20,845 nt of DNA from Paraspadella gotoi (GCA_051294375.1 JBJCIZ010000323.1:1-20845), one strand, 5' to 3'; counted from the stretch's first letter, positions 1 through 12,495 are shown. The notes: a model not told the origin generated them from the letters alone. Program-made: numbers and translations.

Positions 1-3000
1 AAAAGAGAGAGATTTTTGAGCCGGGCGGAAGTGGATCCGCCAGGCCGAGTCTTCAATTTCTGGGTTGTCAGTGGGTGAGAAAGATTTGAGGGGGAGTTGA
101 GGTGTTTTTTTTTTTAGCTAATGACTTTTTTCATATCTTTTTATGTTAAAAGAAAATGTTCTTCTAGCTTGATTCCTCGTATTTTTTCTTTTATTTTTTT
201 TCTGTTGGTTCCAGACATTGCTCATTTTTTCGTTCATTTGACTTTTTTTTTTTTTCTCAATCATTTCTGCTTTCAATCTTACCTGCGGTTTTGGTTGTTT
301 TTTTCCAATGACCAATGCTTTCTTGGCTTTGGGGTTCGGTGGCGCCGTAGATGTGAACGTCAATCGCTTCCTCTCCAATCCTTGTGTTGTTAAAAATTTA
401 TCAAAGAACCTAAAAGTAAGATTAACAACATTTATTTTCATTTTAATTTTTAATTTTCACGGTATAATATTTTATAAGTTGTATATTATTGTATAATAAT
501 TGTATAATAGCATATGAATTCTGTCTGCCACAAGACTTGTGCAAATCTTTAATGTCAAGACTTGTTTCACTTGTGAAATTGGATTTTTATTATCTACATA
601 TTTTTTAAGATTATTTCAAATTAGAGCTTCGTGGCCTACTTTTTTTTTCTTTATTTTTTTTTCTTTTAGTTTTTAATCTAAAACGAGATGGGTCATTAGC
701 GAATCCAATTTCGAAGAACCACTGGTGCTAAACAATAAATAACCATGCGTATAATCGATTGACCAGAGAAAGCAAAGTTTCTCGGGCCAAAAAACAATTT
801 ATTTTCTCCAACCGAACGAATTTCCGTTCCTCTTGTAATCATTCTCGCCTGATAGACCGTTAAAGCTCTCCTGCTTGATTTCAAATGATACAAGTCGATG
901 GCCGCGTCCCATCGCAGTCGGTTTAAAACAATGAGAGCTGAAGAAAGTAAAGTGGCTCTAGGCGCAATTCACGGGTCAATATGTATGACGGTTTGTTAAT
1001 GAAGAAGATGAGAGCGTTTCCCGTTAAATGTAAAACATTTCTAAAGATTAGGGGAAGTCGGAGGAGATTATAAGCAATCAATAAATTAAATTAAAAAAGT
1101 TGTCGCACTTACTTTTACGACGCTAAAAGAAAGTTGATTAGGATTTAGGTTACTTATTGTATCAAGCTTATTCGTTTCGTTGTGGTGAGTTGATAAGCCA
1201 AAAGAATTTGATTTTCAAACGATTTGCGTATTTAAAAAGGGACATGTCTTCATCAGTGCTGAATAAGGTAATGTAAAATAAACAAATCGTTGTTAAAAAT
1301 TCAATCGTCTTTTTGCTAGGGTTATCATATTTAATTATTATTTAACTTTTCCCAGGACTTGCTTTGAAAGAATACTAATCGAATAAGATGTTCGCCTTTC
1401 TGAATCGACATCCGTCCCCGCTCTTTTCTTTTTGTGAAGACGCATGAGCCAAAAGCATCACAGAGCGAAGACAGCAGCGCTGATTCCGGTGGAGATCATC
1501 CGAATCCTTACATAAGGCAAATTTGAAAATATTAAAAATTCTATTTGAATAGACATGGAGGAAATGCTATTTTCCGTTGATTTTTAATTATTCTCCTACT
1601 ATAATCCTTCCAAGTTCCAACGCGAGTTAAAAAAAAAATAAACAGGCTTCTTGACAAGAAATTAGACAACAACAAGTTTTCCGACGCTGCAATGGCGTTT
1701 GCATCCTTCTGTCGCCTTTTTGTTCCATTCTCTCAGCGTCTTCTTGAACCATCTGATTGGCTGGATGAGAAATAGAGAGTTCCAGATTTGGCGCCGACTC
1801 TCGATGCGTGCCCGTCGAAGATTCGTCCCCAAAAAAAAAAAAATTTCCCCGAAAAATTTTTGGATCGTGTGAAAATCGAGATTTGTGAAAGGGTCAGTGT
1901 AGAAAGAACCAGTCGCGCCGATCTGGAAGGATTCTGTGAGTTTAAATGGAAACACTGAAACTCAAATATTCATTTACAATTTCATCTAATTAGTCTAAAA
2001 TAAGATCTAGTAATCTGCAATTTTTTTCCATAAAGAATTTGAAGACGCTTGTGCGGACTGAGAAACCGACCGAATCCGGTACGGCATTTAAAGCGGTGCG
2101 AAAAAAGTTAGTATTTCTCACCTCTTTAGCCACCAGAAGAAGTTGGAATAATATTCTCCGTTTTGCAAGTCGATTTAAGATGTTGGAACTTTTGAGTGAG
2201 TTGTCGCATCCTTTATTAATTTCTTTAAAATTTTCCCGGGAATTTAACCTTAATAACAATCGAACACACAATCTTGCACAATTAAAAAAAAAATAGTTGG
2301 TGTGCGACGCTATCTTCATGTCATTCAACGAGAGGACTGAAGCGATCTTTTCACGTTATTTGATGGTATATATTAAATTAAAGATTCGCTTTTAAAGAGA
2401 AAAAAGTACTACATAGCACCTTCTAATGATCATCTTTGTGCGCCTCTGATGCCTTTTTTCCCTGAAAAATGGTGTTGAAGACGAATGAGGCTGGAGGTTT
2501 GGTCGTCGTATAAAACTATCCATGTTTTTCCAATCCCACATAGTTAATGGTGTCGGTAGCGGCTCGAGTCAAACCTGTCGCGATGAAAATACGATGGAGG
2601 ACGAAATGAGACTTTTTTTTTATAGTGTAAACTTCTCAAACACTTGTCGACCCATTGTACTTAAATATTCTAACATTTCTACGAACTTTACCGCCGCATG
2701 ACAGTAACTGCACAATAAACTCACCCTATGAACCGGATTTGTATATTTATCGTCGTGGGTTTTTCGTTTTCGTCAACCGTCGAACCCCTTCGCTGAAATT
2801 CGATATGAGGAACGTGGCGAGCTGTGATTGCCTATACGGGTAACAATTTCACGCGAACAAGTCAACTACACGAGTTTTTGTCCTAATCTGATGAATGATT
2901 ACCCTCCCAACTCACGGAACTCGCCACCTGCACTTGAGAGGCGCTGTGGTTTGGATTGCGGGCCCGACGATCGCCGCAACGCCTTTTGTAGCAGCTTGCA

Positions 3001-3453
3001 AGACGCTTTTCGTTTCGCTTCGAAACGGGTGTCCGCTTTTGGATACGCTCGATCTCGAACTGTCAACGGATGTCTTGTAGTCCGGGGGCAGGGGACTCGG
3101 AGGGGTGGTAGAAGGTTAGATTTTGATTCAATGTATGTACATTGTATCAATGAAAAGACAGCATGAACGGATCGGGTACCAAACACCTCAGCATACCATT
3201 AACCCTTTACCAATTCGCGTCATTTCACTAAAAAATTCGTGAAGAACGTCGTTCAAAACATTCAAAAACAAAAAAAAATCGTTGCCTGCGGCGATATGTC
3301 GTTTTGAGAATTGATCTTCCTGATGGCCGACGAAAGAATTTTGCTTTTCGTCTCGTCGTCAAAATGGCACCGATTTTTGGAGCGTCGCTGAGACAAAGAC
3401 GACGACAGCCGACCGCCATCAAAATCCAGACAAATACCACAAGAAGGTTTCAT
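1..3453 (-). CDS. GRIK: Ionotropic glutamate receptor, kainate/AMPA-type: 5' part of gene (signal peptide + amino-terminal LIVBP-like domain), multi-exon, frameshifted in this assembly, continues beyond left edge
   Basis: Stitching minus-strand frames gives GluK-like ATD motifs in the expected order. Exon ~3453-3286: signal peptide, KIGAIFDDE..SSAIRKINSQNDI.P. Exon 3073-2928: LT.EIERI..AD.FEA...CKLLQKGVAAIVGP.S..SASQVQ (cf. GluK2 [22 protein letters not shown]). Exon 2831-2725: HVPHIEF..TINI. Exon 2574-2420: LTRAATDTINY.DWKNM.VLYDD..SLIRLQ (cf. WKTVTVVYDDSTGLIRLQ). Exon ~2370-2249: PL.NDMK..YFF.NC. Region ~1890-1690: LDFHT..GA..KTLREW. Region ~1505-1420: ESALL..SV..LAHA. Region ~935-800: LSC.KP..WD.GHRLV...KQESFNGLSG. 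Most blocks have AG/GT boundaries; coordinates below 2250 are approximate and the paralog is not resolvable. Confidence 0.85.
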
Positions 3454-5093
3454 CTTATTTTTTTTTGATTATTCGCCAGAACTCGTTACAGGCTTTGTTG
3501 TTGTTATTGTTCTGGACGTCAATTTTGAGGCTGTTATTTTTATTGTTGTAGCCTGCATCGAACTGACGTGGATGAATTGGAATATATTTTTTTAAAATAA
3601 ATTATGAATATGAAGTTTTAGCGAAAACGAATTTATGTCAAATATAAAATAAACTCAAAAACAACGAAAAGAGAGAAATCACACACAATGTCTACGAAAT
3701 GAATGTTATAGATATTTAAATCTGTCGTATAGATCATAACAAGGAAGAAGTTTAAGCGAAAAAAAATTTGAATTTAAAGAAACACCTTAATAGACTAACT
3801 CGACGAAAGAAAAGAAAGCGATACTCGAGAGGGAAAAATCATTGGTTTTTTTGGCTCATGGGAAAGCAAGGGATCGAATCCGGAGCTCGGTGGTGGGAAG
3901 GGCGACGACATGAACGACGACGACAGTGGTGGAAGAACAGAAGTTAATCAAGACGATGGCAACGACGTTTTGCGGAAATAATAGGCGAGAGAGTTATCTC
4001 CGTCTAAATATTACGAGATTAATAAATAGCGGGAACGCTAATCGGGCATCAAGCGCGCGAATTTTTCATATACGAAAATCATAGTCCGGTCGTCTTCGCG
4101 GTCGTCGTTTAAGGGGAAATTTGTCTGAGATGCTTTTCACCGGAGGTGAAAACCATCTCGCGCCATGGGGTAAAACTCTTGGTGAAATCCTCCCAAGTTT
4201 TTCGATCGCTTCTTGATGCTTTCTCCGATTTATCTTTCAACCCTTTTGCACCATCCTTCGTCGTCGTCGCCTTGCTTACATCCTCTTCTAATCTTTGGGA
4301 ATTATTTATATATTAGTTTTTTTTTTCTTTTCCACACGTGGCTCACGTAATTTCATTAATTCCTTATCGCAACCGTAGAGATTTTTAATACCATTACAGG
4401 TATTTTCGTTCGATATTTCATTGTTAACTTTTTCGAATACTGTATAGTACTTTTCTAAATAAAATATAGACTTTAATTCTTCGTTTTTCCACTTTTCCTC
4501 AACAATAATTTATAACCCAAGTGAGTAGTACACGTTAAAAGCATAGGGAGAAAAAGAGCGTACCTTTTTAAAACTAACTAGTGGATGAATTAAAAAATCA
4601 ACATCTTATTCAAGATAGTTATTAAACTTAGTTATTCTAAATGGCGGCAACAGGATTCCCAACCAAGAGGTATTGAGGGAAAGCTAAATAAAACAAGAAG
4701 TAAAACCCTTAAAAGCTTTTCGACTTGAAACGAACCGACAGATGGAGAACACACCGCTGGGGGCGTCCGCGGCGGGAGGCTGCAGCATCGCGTCGGCAAA
4801 AATGAGAGGAGAGAAACAAAGAAGAGTAATGGAATTTTGCATGAGGCGAAAGCGAAGGCGAACAATGAGTGAGAAGGTATGATGTACTTTCATCGGTTTG
4901 ACGAATGACGAAATAGAAGTAGATAACTTGCATTTATTATGAAATATATCATTTTCATGTAATTAACGGTCTCGAGGTTGTCAAGGTGAACAGTTCTATA
5001 TTCAGTCAGTTATGGAGGTAACAATTTGTTTCGACGTCAAGGAGTGTCGATTTTTTTTCTCCCTTCACTCAACCTACTCCCCACGATCTCAAG
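3454..5093. promoter_or_regulatory. Intergenic region between divergent start codons (candidate bidirectional promoter / 5' UTRs)
   Basis: Lies between the inferred ATG at 3453 (-) and ATG at 5094 (+). CpG-containing patches at ~3860-4280 and ~4640-4870; YY1-like AAATGGCGGC at 4639-4648. No transcription start site can be proven from sequence. Confidence 0.4.
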
Positions 5094-8000
5094 ATGAGCA
5101 GCGTAACACTTGCGACGACCCGATGCTGCACCTGCACCTGCTGCTGCACCTCAGAGTCAGAGGATCGGAAATGCTGCAGACAACTGCGGGGCGAGGCAGC
5201 AGCGTTTGAACCGGCGATGATCATAGTGACCGCTCAGTTACGTCCATCACGAAGTCCTCCGTCGGAAATTCGTGACAACGCCATGACCGCGCTAAAGCGA
5301 CCAGCTTTCACATGATCTCTGACGTCATCGGTTTTGCCGAATTAGAGTAGTGTGCCGTCCTTTTTGGTTGTGATTATTTTGGAGTTGTCGATTATGGTTA
5401 TTATGTGGGTGAAATTCCAGTATAAGTAGGGGCAGGGTCGGCAAGGATTCGGAGATCAAGTAAAGACAGAATATAACGCATCGGTATATTTCGTTTTTTT
5501 TTTGTCAAGAAAATATCATGAATTTGTCAAAATATTTTTTGTCAAGCTCAACATCCGTGCGCGTTGTACTGTTTGAAAAATCTTCGCGTCCTCTAAAAAA
5601 AGCACACGTAATATTAGTATTTAGTACTAATATTAGCAGAGTTTCAAAACAGCAAAAACATCGTTAATTTTCATGAGATAGATTGAAAATATTTAAGAAA
5701 TACAAAGAGTTTTTGTTTATATAAATCTTTTGGGGATTAGTCGAATTACAAAACAACCTCATGCGATTGGAGGAGGCCCAATTTTCCCTGCTATTGAGCG
5801 ACCTTCCTCAACCAGCCTTCCTATGTTCATTTTTTACTTTTAAAGTAAATATTTTGATTTATATTCTATCTTAACTACTATTACAGCTTTCATTTTAAAG
5901 GCATTTTATACGCGCTGAATTTCCCTTTCTTTCCACGCAGCTACGGATGGAAGAGAACTGATGTTTGCGGGCCCTTCATCATTGCTTCTTGCTGGCCGCT
6001 CTGCGTTCGCTTGCAATCCGAGCGCTGCCACAGATTGGGTCGACGTGGAGCCAATCAAAGATCCCTTGGTTTGGCTGGTGGTGGGCGGCGCCGGACTGGC
6101 CTCAACGTTTCGGCGCTTGTGCTGCCTGGGAGCGCATGGAACACTCGCACGGAGGGCGATGGAGGCCACGGTTGTTGTTGTTAATAATACAATTTTTCTA
6201 AAAAATGTGGTTTGGCAGCACAGTGAAAGCGCCTATTTATTAGGATATAAATTGTTAAGGAAAATTAGCACATAAAAGTAACGAGACCTGACCCGAAGGG
6301 AAAAAAATTAAAAAAGACAACCTTTAGATACGCCTGTCAGAAAAGGACTCAATGCGTTTTATCTTCAGGTCACTCAAAAAAGTCCATCACATGTTTGCAC
6401 CGAGACAAACTGCTCGGCGTCAAACGCATCGATGCACGTCACTCTCGGGAGCCCCCGTCGCCGAGAGAGGGCGCGTCGGCTTTACAGGCGTCCCTCCTCC
6501 GAACATCTGGTGCCGATAATGTGTCCGGAAGAGGCACGAGTGTCAGTAGAACGTCAAAGCGTCATCATCATGAGGTGGGAAAGCGGAAAATGGTGGAGAA
6601 AAATAGGAAGGAGAGAGGAGAAGTGGTAGATAGGCCAACAGTAGGTCGGGAGGTGGGGAAAAGACGGAAGAAACACGCAAGGAGGGAGAAAAGATAAACG
6701 AGCGATAACAAGAGAGGGAAAAAAAAGACGGAGCGAGAATAGAAGAGAAGAAGAGGTAAGCGATTAGCGAATACTTCACTGAACCGTTTTTTGACATCTT
6801 GAGAAGTAAAAGAAGCGACCGAGAACAGTGGCAGCGGGGCCAGAATAGCCCCTGTCTTTTCCGATTTTCCTTTAGCGAGAACCTCACAGCGAAAAAAAAA
6901 GTCGAGTTTGAAGAAAAAAAACTCAGTTGACAAAAACGTCATTCCATCACCACGGTAGTGGCTCTTTTTCTAAAACTAGATTCGTCGCGAATCAATCTAA
7001 TTTTTAGACAAGTGTGGAATCTGATTCTACATAACAAGACAAGGTGTGAAGGATTTTACTATTTTTTTTTATAAGAAAAAAGCCATGAAAACCTTCGTGG
7101 CGTGATTCTTCATTTGAATCGGCGACCTTTTCGATCTGTCCTCGTCATCGTCTCGGTATTATCATATGTGGAGACTTACTTCTTTACTCAATTTTTCATG
7201 TTTCTTTCTCTCTCTATTCAACATCTCTTTTTTCACTATTTTCGCTTTTTTTATACTTACCCTGCATTTTCTTCATTCGTAAGCTAATTTTATCAATTTT
7301 ATTTTCTTATTTTGAGTAGCGGCCGCGAGTATGCTTACTACATGCTTAGCCAATCTATTAGGTCACTTTTCGGTCGGTATGTCTGGTAACGTTGGTCTGT
7401 CCACTACGTTAAAAAAATGTACATAATCGTTGCCTTTAGTCAGGTGCTCATTTGTATAAGACAGAAAAAAAACCTAAAAATCTGAGGTATTGCTAGCACC
7501 GCGTTCAGGAAACTAAAAGTATAAAGAATAAAAGACGAATTCGTCTGTCATAAATCGCAGGCTAACAAAGTTTTGTAAGTCCATGTAATAATGTCATCGT
7601 ATTTCAGGTACGTCATGTCATTCACGAAAACTACTCGTGAAATAAAATAAATTCGGCGAAATATTTGGCTGAACATTTTTTGTTCTTTATTTCTTTTCTT
7701 TTCTTTTTGTTTTCTTTTATCTTTTCTTTCTTTTCTTTTCTTTCTTTTCTTTTCTTTCCTTTTCCTTTTCCTTTCCTTTTCCTTTCCTTCCTTTCTTTCC
7801 TTCCTTTCCTTTCCTTTCTGTCCTTTCACTTTCCTTTCCTTTCCTCCTTTTCCTTTCCTTTCCTATCCTAATCTCCTTTTAATCGAGCACCGAAATTGTC
7901 TCCCTCAGATCGGTAAAACCAAGGTGAAAAAAAGTAGAAAACCGCAAAGCAATGCAAATGGAGGTGAGACGACATTCCCAGCCTCGCGAAAGATTTGTTT

Positions 8001-8633
8001 CCAAACGAATTCAGGCATGGGGAAACGAGGGGTGGACATTGTACGTCGATCCGGCGCTGACTCTCTGTTCGTCCTCATGCATCATTTGCCCACCAAGTTA
8101 CCTTTGTTAACGTAAATAGTTTCACCCCGTGTAAACTTCATGAACTTTCAGTCGAGACCCGTTGGACATTGAGTAATAGATAACAGGTACATGAACCATT
8201 GGGTACCGGGGATCGATCCCCAGTGGTACCTACCCGCGGGTGCATAAGGACGGCCGAAACCGCCCTGGATCAAAACCCGTGCCATGGCTGCTAGAGGGGT
8301 TATAGAATTGTGGTTAGTTTAGCGACCTTATCACAAATAGGATTGAAAGGACAAATAAGCCTTAAAAGCCTTTTCATACCAGTTACTTCCATTGATAATA
8401 GTAATGATACATAAACTTATTAGAGAGTCATCGCTGGTGCTGGCTGCAAACCGTCCCGGGACACATTTTCGTCGACCGCAATCGGCGAACGCCCTCCCTC
8501 GAGGAGGTCGACGGAATAGTCGGCACCACGACTTCCACGTCTGGTGTCCTCTCCGGTCGAAAAATTATAGCTTCGCTTCATGTTAAATTTCAGGCAGAAA
8601 AACACCTCTCTCCTCTCTCTCTCTCTCATCATC

Positions 8634-8683
<50 letters not shown>

Positions 8684-9020
8684 CGGTCTCAATTTGTAGC
8701 ATGAAATAAAGTGATAATGTGTCGAAAATAAAATAAGATCGAAACAAATTTAGGAACTTCGACGATCTATAAGGAGTTGCCTGAGCCAAGTTCAAGAATT
8801 CTCCAGTAATCAAGGGATACATTCTTACCTCAATTCAACCAGAGTTTGGCATGGTGACTTCTTTGTCCCTTTCTCTTAACCCTTTCTTTACTTACCATTT
8901 GTCTTTTCTCTCACAGCCTGGTCCCAATTGGTGACGCGCTGCAACGTCATGTGCAAACGTGTGCCCCCTGCAGTGCTGCTCTATGCGAAGATTTGCAGGT
9001 TTAGGAAATGTTGCAATTAG
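5094..9020 (+). CDS. SLC30A1: Zinc exporter of the CDF/SLC30 family, ZnT1/ZnT63C-like; ~10 exons, frameshifted in this assembly
   Basis: Approximate exons: 5094-5366 (AMIIVT..SFHMISDVIG, TM1-2), ~5570-5607 (SKK.T), 5941-6170 (YGWKRTDV..CFLLA..EPIKDPL..VVGGAGL..LNV..HSHGG..GH), 6369-6574 and 6876-6954 (His-containing loop), 7076-~7165 (HENLRGVILHL.GD..SVLVIVS, TM5), 8015-8111 (WTLYVDPALTL..PLL), 8424-8593 (ESSLVL.QTVPGHI..EEVDGIV..HDFHVW.LSGRKIIASLHVKF), 8754-8853 (QGIHS..IQPEF), 8917-~9020 (Cys-rich tail). Several splice phases join correctly (AC|C TAC, G|GT CAC, G|AA, AC|A GAG). HxxxD in both TM2 and TM5 fits the Zn-type site rather than the Asn-containing site of ZnT10. Stop codon uncertain. 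Confidence 0.9.
7676..7880. repeat. Polypyrimidine low-complexity tract (TTTC/TTTCC)n in a ZnT intron
   Basis: About 200 bp almost purely C/T; explains spurious ORFs 7548-7829 and 7665-7871. Confidence 0.9.
8606..8680. repeat. (CT)n microsatellite in a ZnT intron
   Basis: Directly visible CT dinucleotide run. Confidence 0.95.
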
Positions 9021-10153
9021 TATTCAATAGCTAGGATATAACTTTGGAACACTTTCTGAGCAGCTTAACCTCACGACGACCAGCAGATGAATCGGGCGGA
9101 CACATGAACTGCCTACATGAAAAACACAAAATTATCCTTTTTAATGAGATATTAAGAAATTAATGATTGTAATAGAATTCTGCGGTTCCAAAGTTTATTT
9201 CGTTTTTATTTTTTTTTTCTGCTCTTGACTTTTAAATAAAAAAGTAAGTTAGTAACATAAGTACGTAATATAATTTAATGATTATGCAAGTATACCAATG
9301 TATAAAATTTCACAAACGTGAATAATCAGAGATATTGTTGTGCAAAAGTATAAAAAATAAAATGGAATTATGTACCGCAAGTTAAAAAGATCAACAAACC
9401 GCAAAATAAAAATGGCTCGGGGGAGAAATAATCAAATTTGCAGAATCTTTACGGATTTTCTGATCCTTGGCTGACTGATTTTTTAGTCCTTCCTCTACGC
9501 TAAGCCTCAAAATCTAACTATGGAAGTATACGAGTTAAATTCAAAAAACCTTGCATGATTAGTCAGAAAGCAATAAAAAGTTTTTTATAGATAGGCAAAA
9601 ATTTACTGAATTAAGCGTAAAAGTTTAGTACACAAAAATGGCTTCTCAAAATATGCTAATTTCCTCCAATGCGAATCTTCGCGATCTCGAAACTGTTCTT
9701 TTGTATGATTTTTCAGTGAAGACACCTGGATTTTTCTTTTCGAATCTTCAAATTTTTTCAACTTTTGTCAACGAAAACTAATTTTCTATTAATATAATTT
9801 TTAAAAATTGTGACTAAATGCGTTATTTTAAATTTAAGTGAACTTTTTTTATCGAAGTGAAATTAATCGGTTTTTCTTCTTGTAAATATTTCATCCAAAT
9901 TGTGACATTTTTCTTAATACTGGTTAATTCAGTTTAAAATTTGTTTGNNNNNNNNNNTTTATTCACTCTTTTGCGTTAATGTTGCATTAAGTTTTGTTTA
10001 AAATAATACTTAAGTACTCCTCTGCGTTTGGCAGATTTCTTTTTTCTTTTTCAGGTTAACGANNNNNNNNNNTTTCCAAAGGGCTTTTTTAAACTTAGAC
10101 AGGAGCGGATTATTATTTTGGTTCAAAATCCTTTCCGTATCTTTTTCTTACAG

Positions 10154-10218
10154 GTAAGTAATTTATAATTGATAATCACTTACATAATTATTTTTAATAT
10201 TAATTTTCTTTTGGATAG
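10154..10218 (+). other. Candidate 65-nt 5'-UTR intron of the transposase gene
   Basis: CAG|GTAAGT consensus donor at 10154, AT-rich interior, TTTTCTTTTGGATAG| acceptor ending 10218, 44 nt before the ATG. Confidence 0.6.
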
Positions 10219-10262
10219 GTGGATTAGAGAGAACGTGGGTTGACGAAGGGGACATCGCAACG

Positions 10263-12495
10263 ATGCCTCCTAAGCTGAAGTATGTTACGAAGGCTCAGTC
10301 GACGCATGAACTTGGAGAATTTCGTATTACAGAGATAGGTGAATTTCCAAGTAATCTAAACATTCTTCCTTTAAACCATCAGGTTATTGGTCGATATTTG
10401 TTTATCATGCGGGATGAGTCGGGCCAAACAACAAAGGATGGTGCATGTCGCAAAGTTTCCACGGAGGTTCTTGCCATTTGGGACAAGACAAATATTCCCG
10501 CCATGTCCTTTCCAGCAGTGATCAAGAAAGTTGATGGTTTAGTATCACGGTATTTAAAGGTTAACAAGTTTAGAAATAGTAAATCGATGGTAGAAAGGCC
10601 TTGGTACAAAACGGAGGTTTCCCAATTAGTCAATGATTTACCAAAAGTACTTGATGTAAAATTATCACATGACCTTATCGCAAGTCATGAATTAAAAACG
10701 GGTGTACCTTATGGTAAGGAAGAACAAGCTTTGTATGAGGATCAGGTATCTCTGGCGTTCAAGATGACAATTGCGGGAGTCGACAAAGCCTGGCTTCAAC
10801 GTCAGCGGTCAAAACTTCAAAAGGAGGAAGAAAAGTTGGAGAAGCAACAACGTTTGGAGGGTCGACAAAGAGCGTGGGAAGAAGAGAAAGCGGCGTCGAT
10901 TACAGCGTCGGAAGAGGAAATTCAAATGGCGACAGGAGAGTCCGATGGTTCTACAGATAAGCTTGTTCTAGAAAAGTCTGAAAATTTAGAAAAAGTAATA
11001 TTGACAAGAAGTCGTAAAAAGCAGTTTGACGAGAGTGGGGAGGTTTTTGTTGGTAAGGAATCAGATTACCGTGTACGAGATTCTTACAATAATGTACGAG
11101 ATGAATTATACGATTTTTTGGTTAATTTTATTGCGGATGGGTCTGCATCCAATCGACAAGCAATTTTAGCAGCAAAACTTTTTGCAAAACATATATTAAA
11201 AGTTGATTGGTTAACAGAGTCAGAAGCAAAAGTAAAAAAAGAGAAAGCTCGAGTTGAAGCGCGATCATTGCCAGAGGATTTTTATGATTTTGTATTGCCT
11301 TCCGAATCAGCATTGAACCACATGAGGGAGAATTACGCGTTGGCCGCCGAAAAGAAGATCGGAGAACTGATCGCCAACTCGGATGGTTCGCAACCGCTTA
11401 CGCATCATGGCGACTCCACCACACGACCCATGACGGGCAAGATCTTCGCGGCGCCGCTGACCATCGGTGATAATCTCCNNNNNNNNNNCCCAATCCAAAA
11501 GTTAAGTTCAGAAACAAAGGAAGATGTAGCTGACGTGTTTGAATTTTTGTACAAAAGGTTATCTATTTTTACCGGGATTCCAGCTGTATCGTTTTTTGAA
11601 AAATTAACTGCGTTCATGACTGATAGTGCAAGTGAAATGAACCAGTTTATATCTGTTTTACAGAGTCGTTTTTCTTCGGAATATGAACCATTTCACTTAA
11701 AATGCGTTTTACACACAGTATTGGGGTTTTCTGAGACTGAACTTAAAATCATATCTGGGATAGAACAAACAATCGGTCCAGAAAAACTGTATGGTACGGC
11801 AAAATGCCATGATTCAATTAATGTTTCGAAATCCTGCATCATTGCTATTTTAAAATTGATTTCTCCCCAGTTTCAGCATAAACCTTATAATCTGAAATTA
11901 GAGTTTGACGCAATGTTATCTGAGGAGAACTGTAAAGCTAATGATTCTTTTTCATTTAGAACACACAGATTTGGAGCGCTTGAAAAGGCATCAATTGTTG
12001 TAATATATCACTGGGAAGATGTCTTGCGCCTTTGTGAAAGAGTTGATTATCGTAATGATCTCATTTTATTTGTCAGGACCATCATGGAATGCCAATTTGT
12101 GAAGAATGTGTTGATCTCACTGAGCCTTATGGGAATCCACCTCATTGAGCCCTTCATTGAATTGGTAACAACTTCCAACCATGTCGAATTAATTGACTCT
12201 TTACCTAATCTTTTTAAAGAGCTGCTAAGTCATACGAGTGTTGCGCAGGCATCATTAGATAGTACGCAATCTGCGTTTCCTTGTCTAACAAAAAGTTATA
12301 AAAAAGTAATTGAAAAAAATATTTATAAAAAACGGTGGTTGAGCGTTTTGCAGGCGGAGATCGATTCGCTCGGGGATGAAGACTTGGAGACCGTCAAAAA
12401 TTTGATCGCGCTCTTCAGTCATCATTGTGCAATTACGCTTCAACGTCAGAGAGGAAATGATTACGGATTTTCATTTACAAATGAGAGTCAAGGAG
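10263..12495 (+). CDS. Transposase coding exon 1 (aa 1-744)
   Basis: Long intact ORF. N-terminal IWDKTNIP..VIKKVDGL motif resembles invertebrate hATm-like transposases (from recollection). RNase H-fold motifs LTHHGDSTT (D384) and AFMTDSAS (D454), then CVLH (CxxH, 481-484). Donor GGAG|GTATGT at 12495/12496 (phase 1). A 10-N block at 11479-11488 keeps frame. Confidence 0.85.

Noticed and set aside
1238-1260. Third hammerhead (minus strand CTGATGAAGACATGTC)
   Set aside because: No GAAA box after the short stem, so it cannot form the catalytic core.
3852-3890. tRNA/SINE-like A box (TGGCTCATGG) and B box (GGATCGAATCC)
   Set aside because: Boxes are only ~10 nt apart and no cloverleaf can be drawn.
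3454-5093. MTF-1 metal response elements (TGCRCNC) upstream of the ZnT gene
   Set aside because: No exact match found by eye on either strand in the intergenic region.
7310-7460. Reverse-oriented Helentron-like remnant (GTCG/GTCT-type repeats after a T run)
   Set aside because: Hairpin and microsatellite are too degenerate to support.
9499-9555. GCTAAGCCT and TCAAAAAACCTTGCA matching the foldback terminus and the window end (20821-20836)
   Set aside because: Matches are short with different spacing and no flanking similarity; could be chance.
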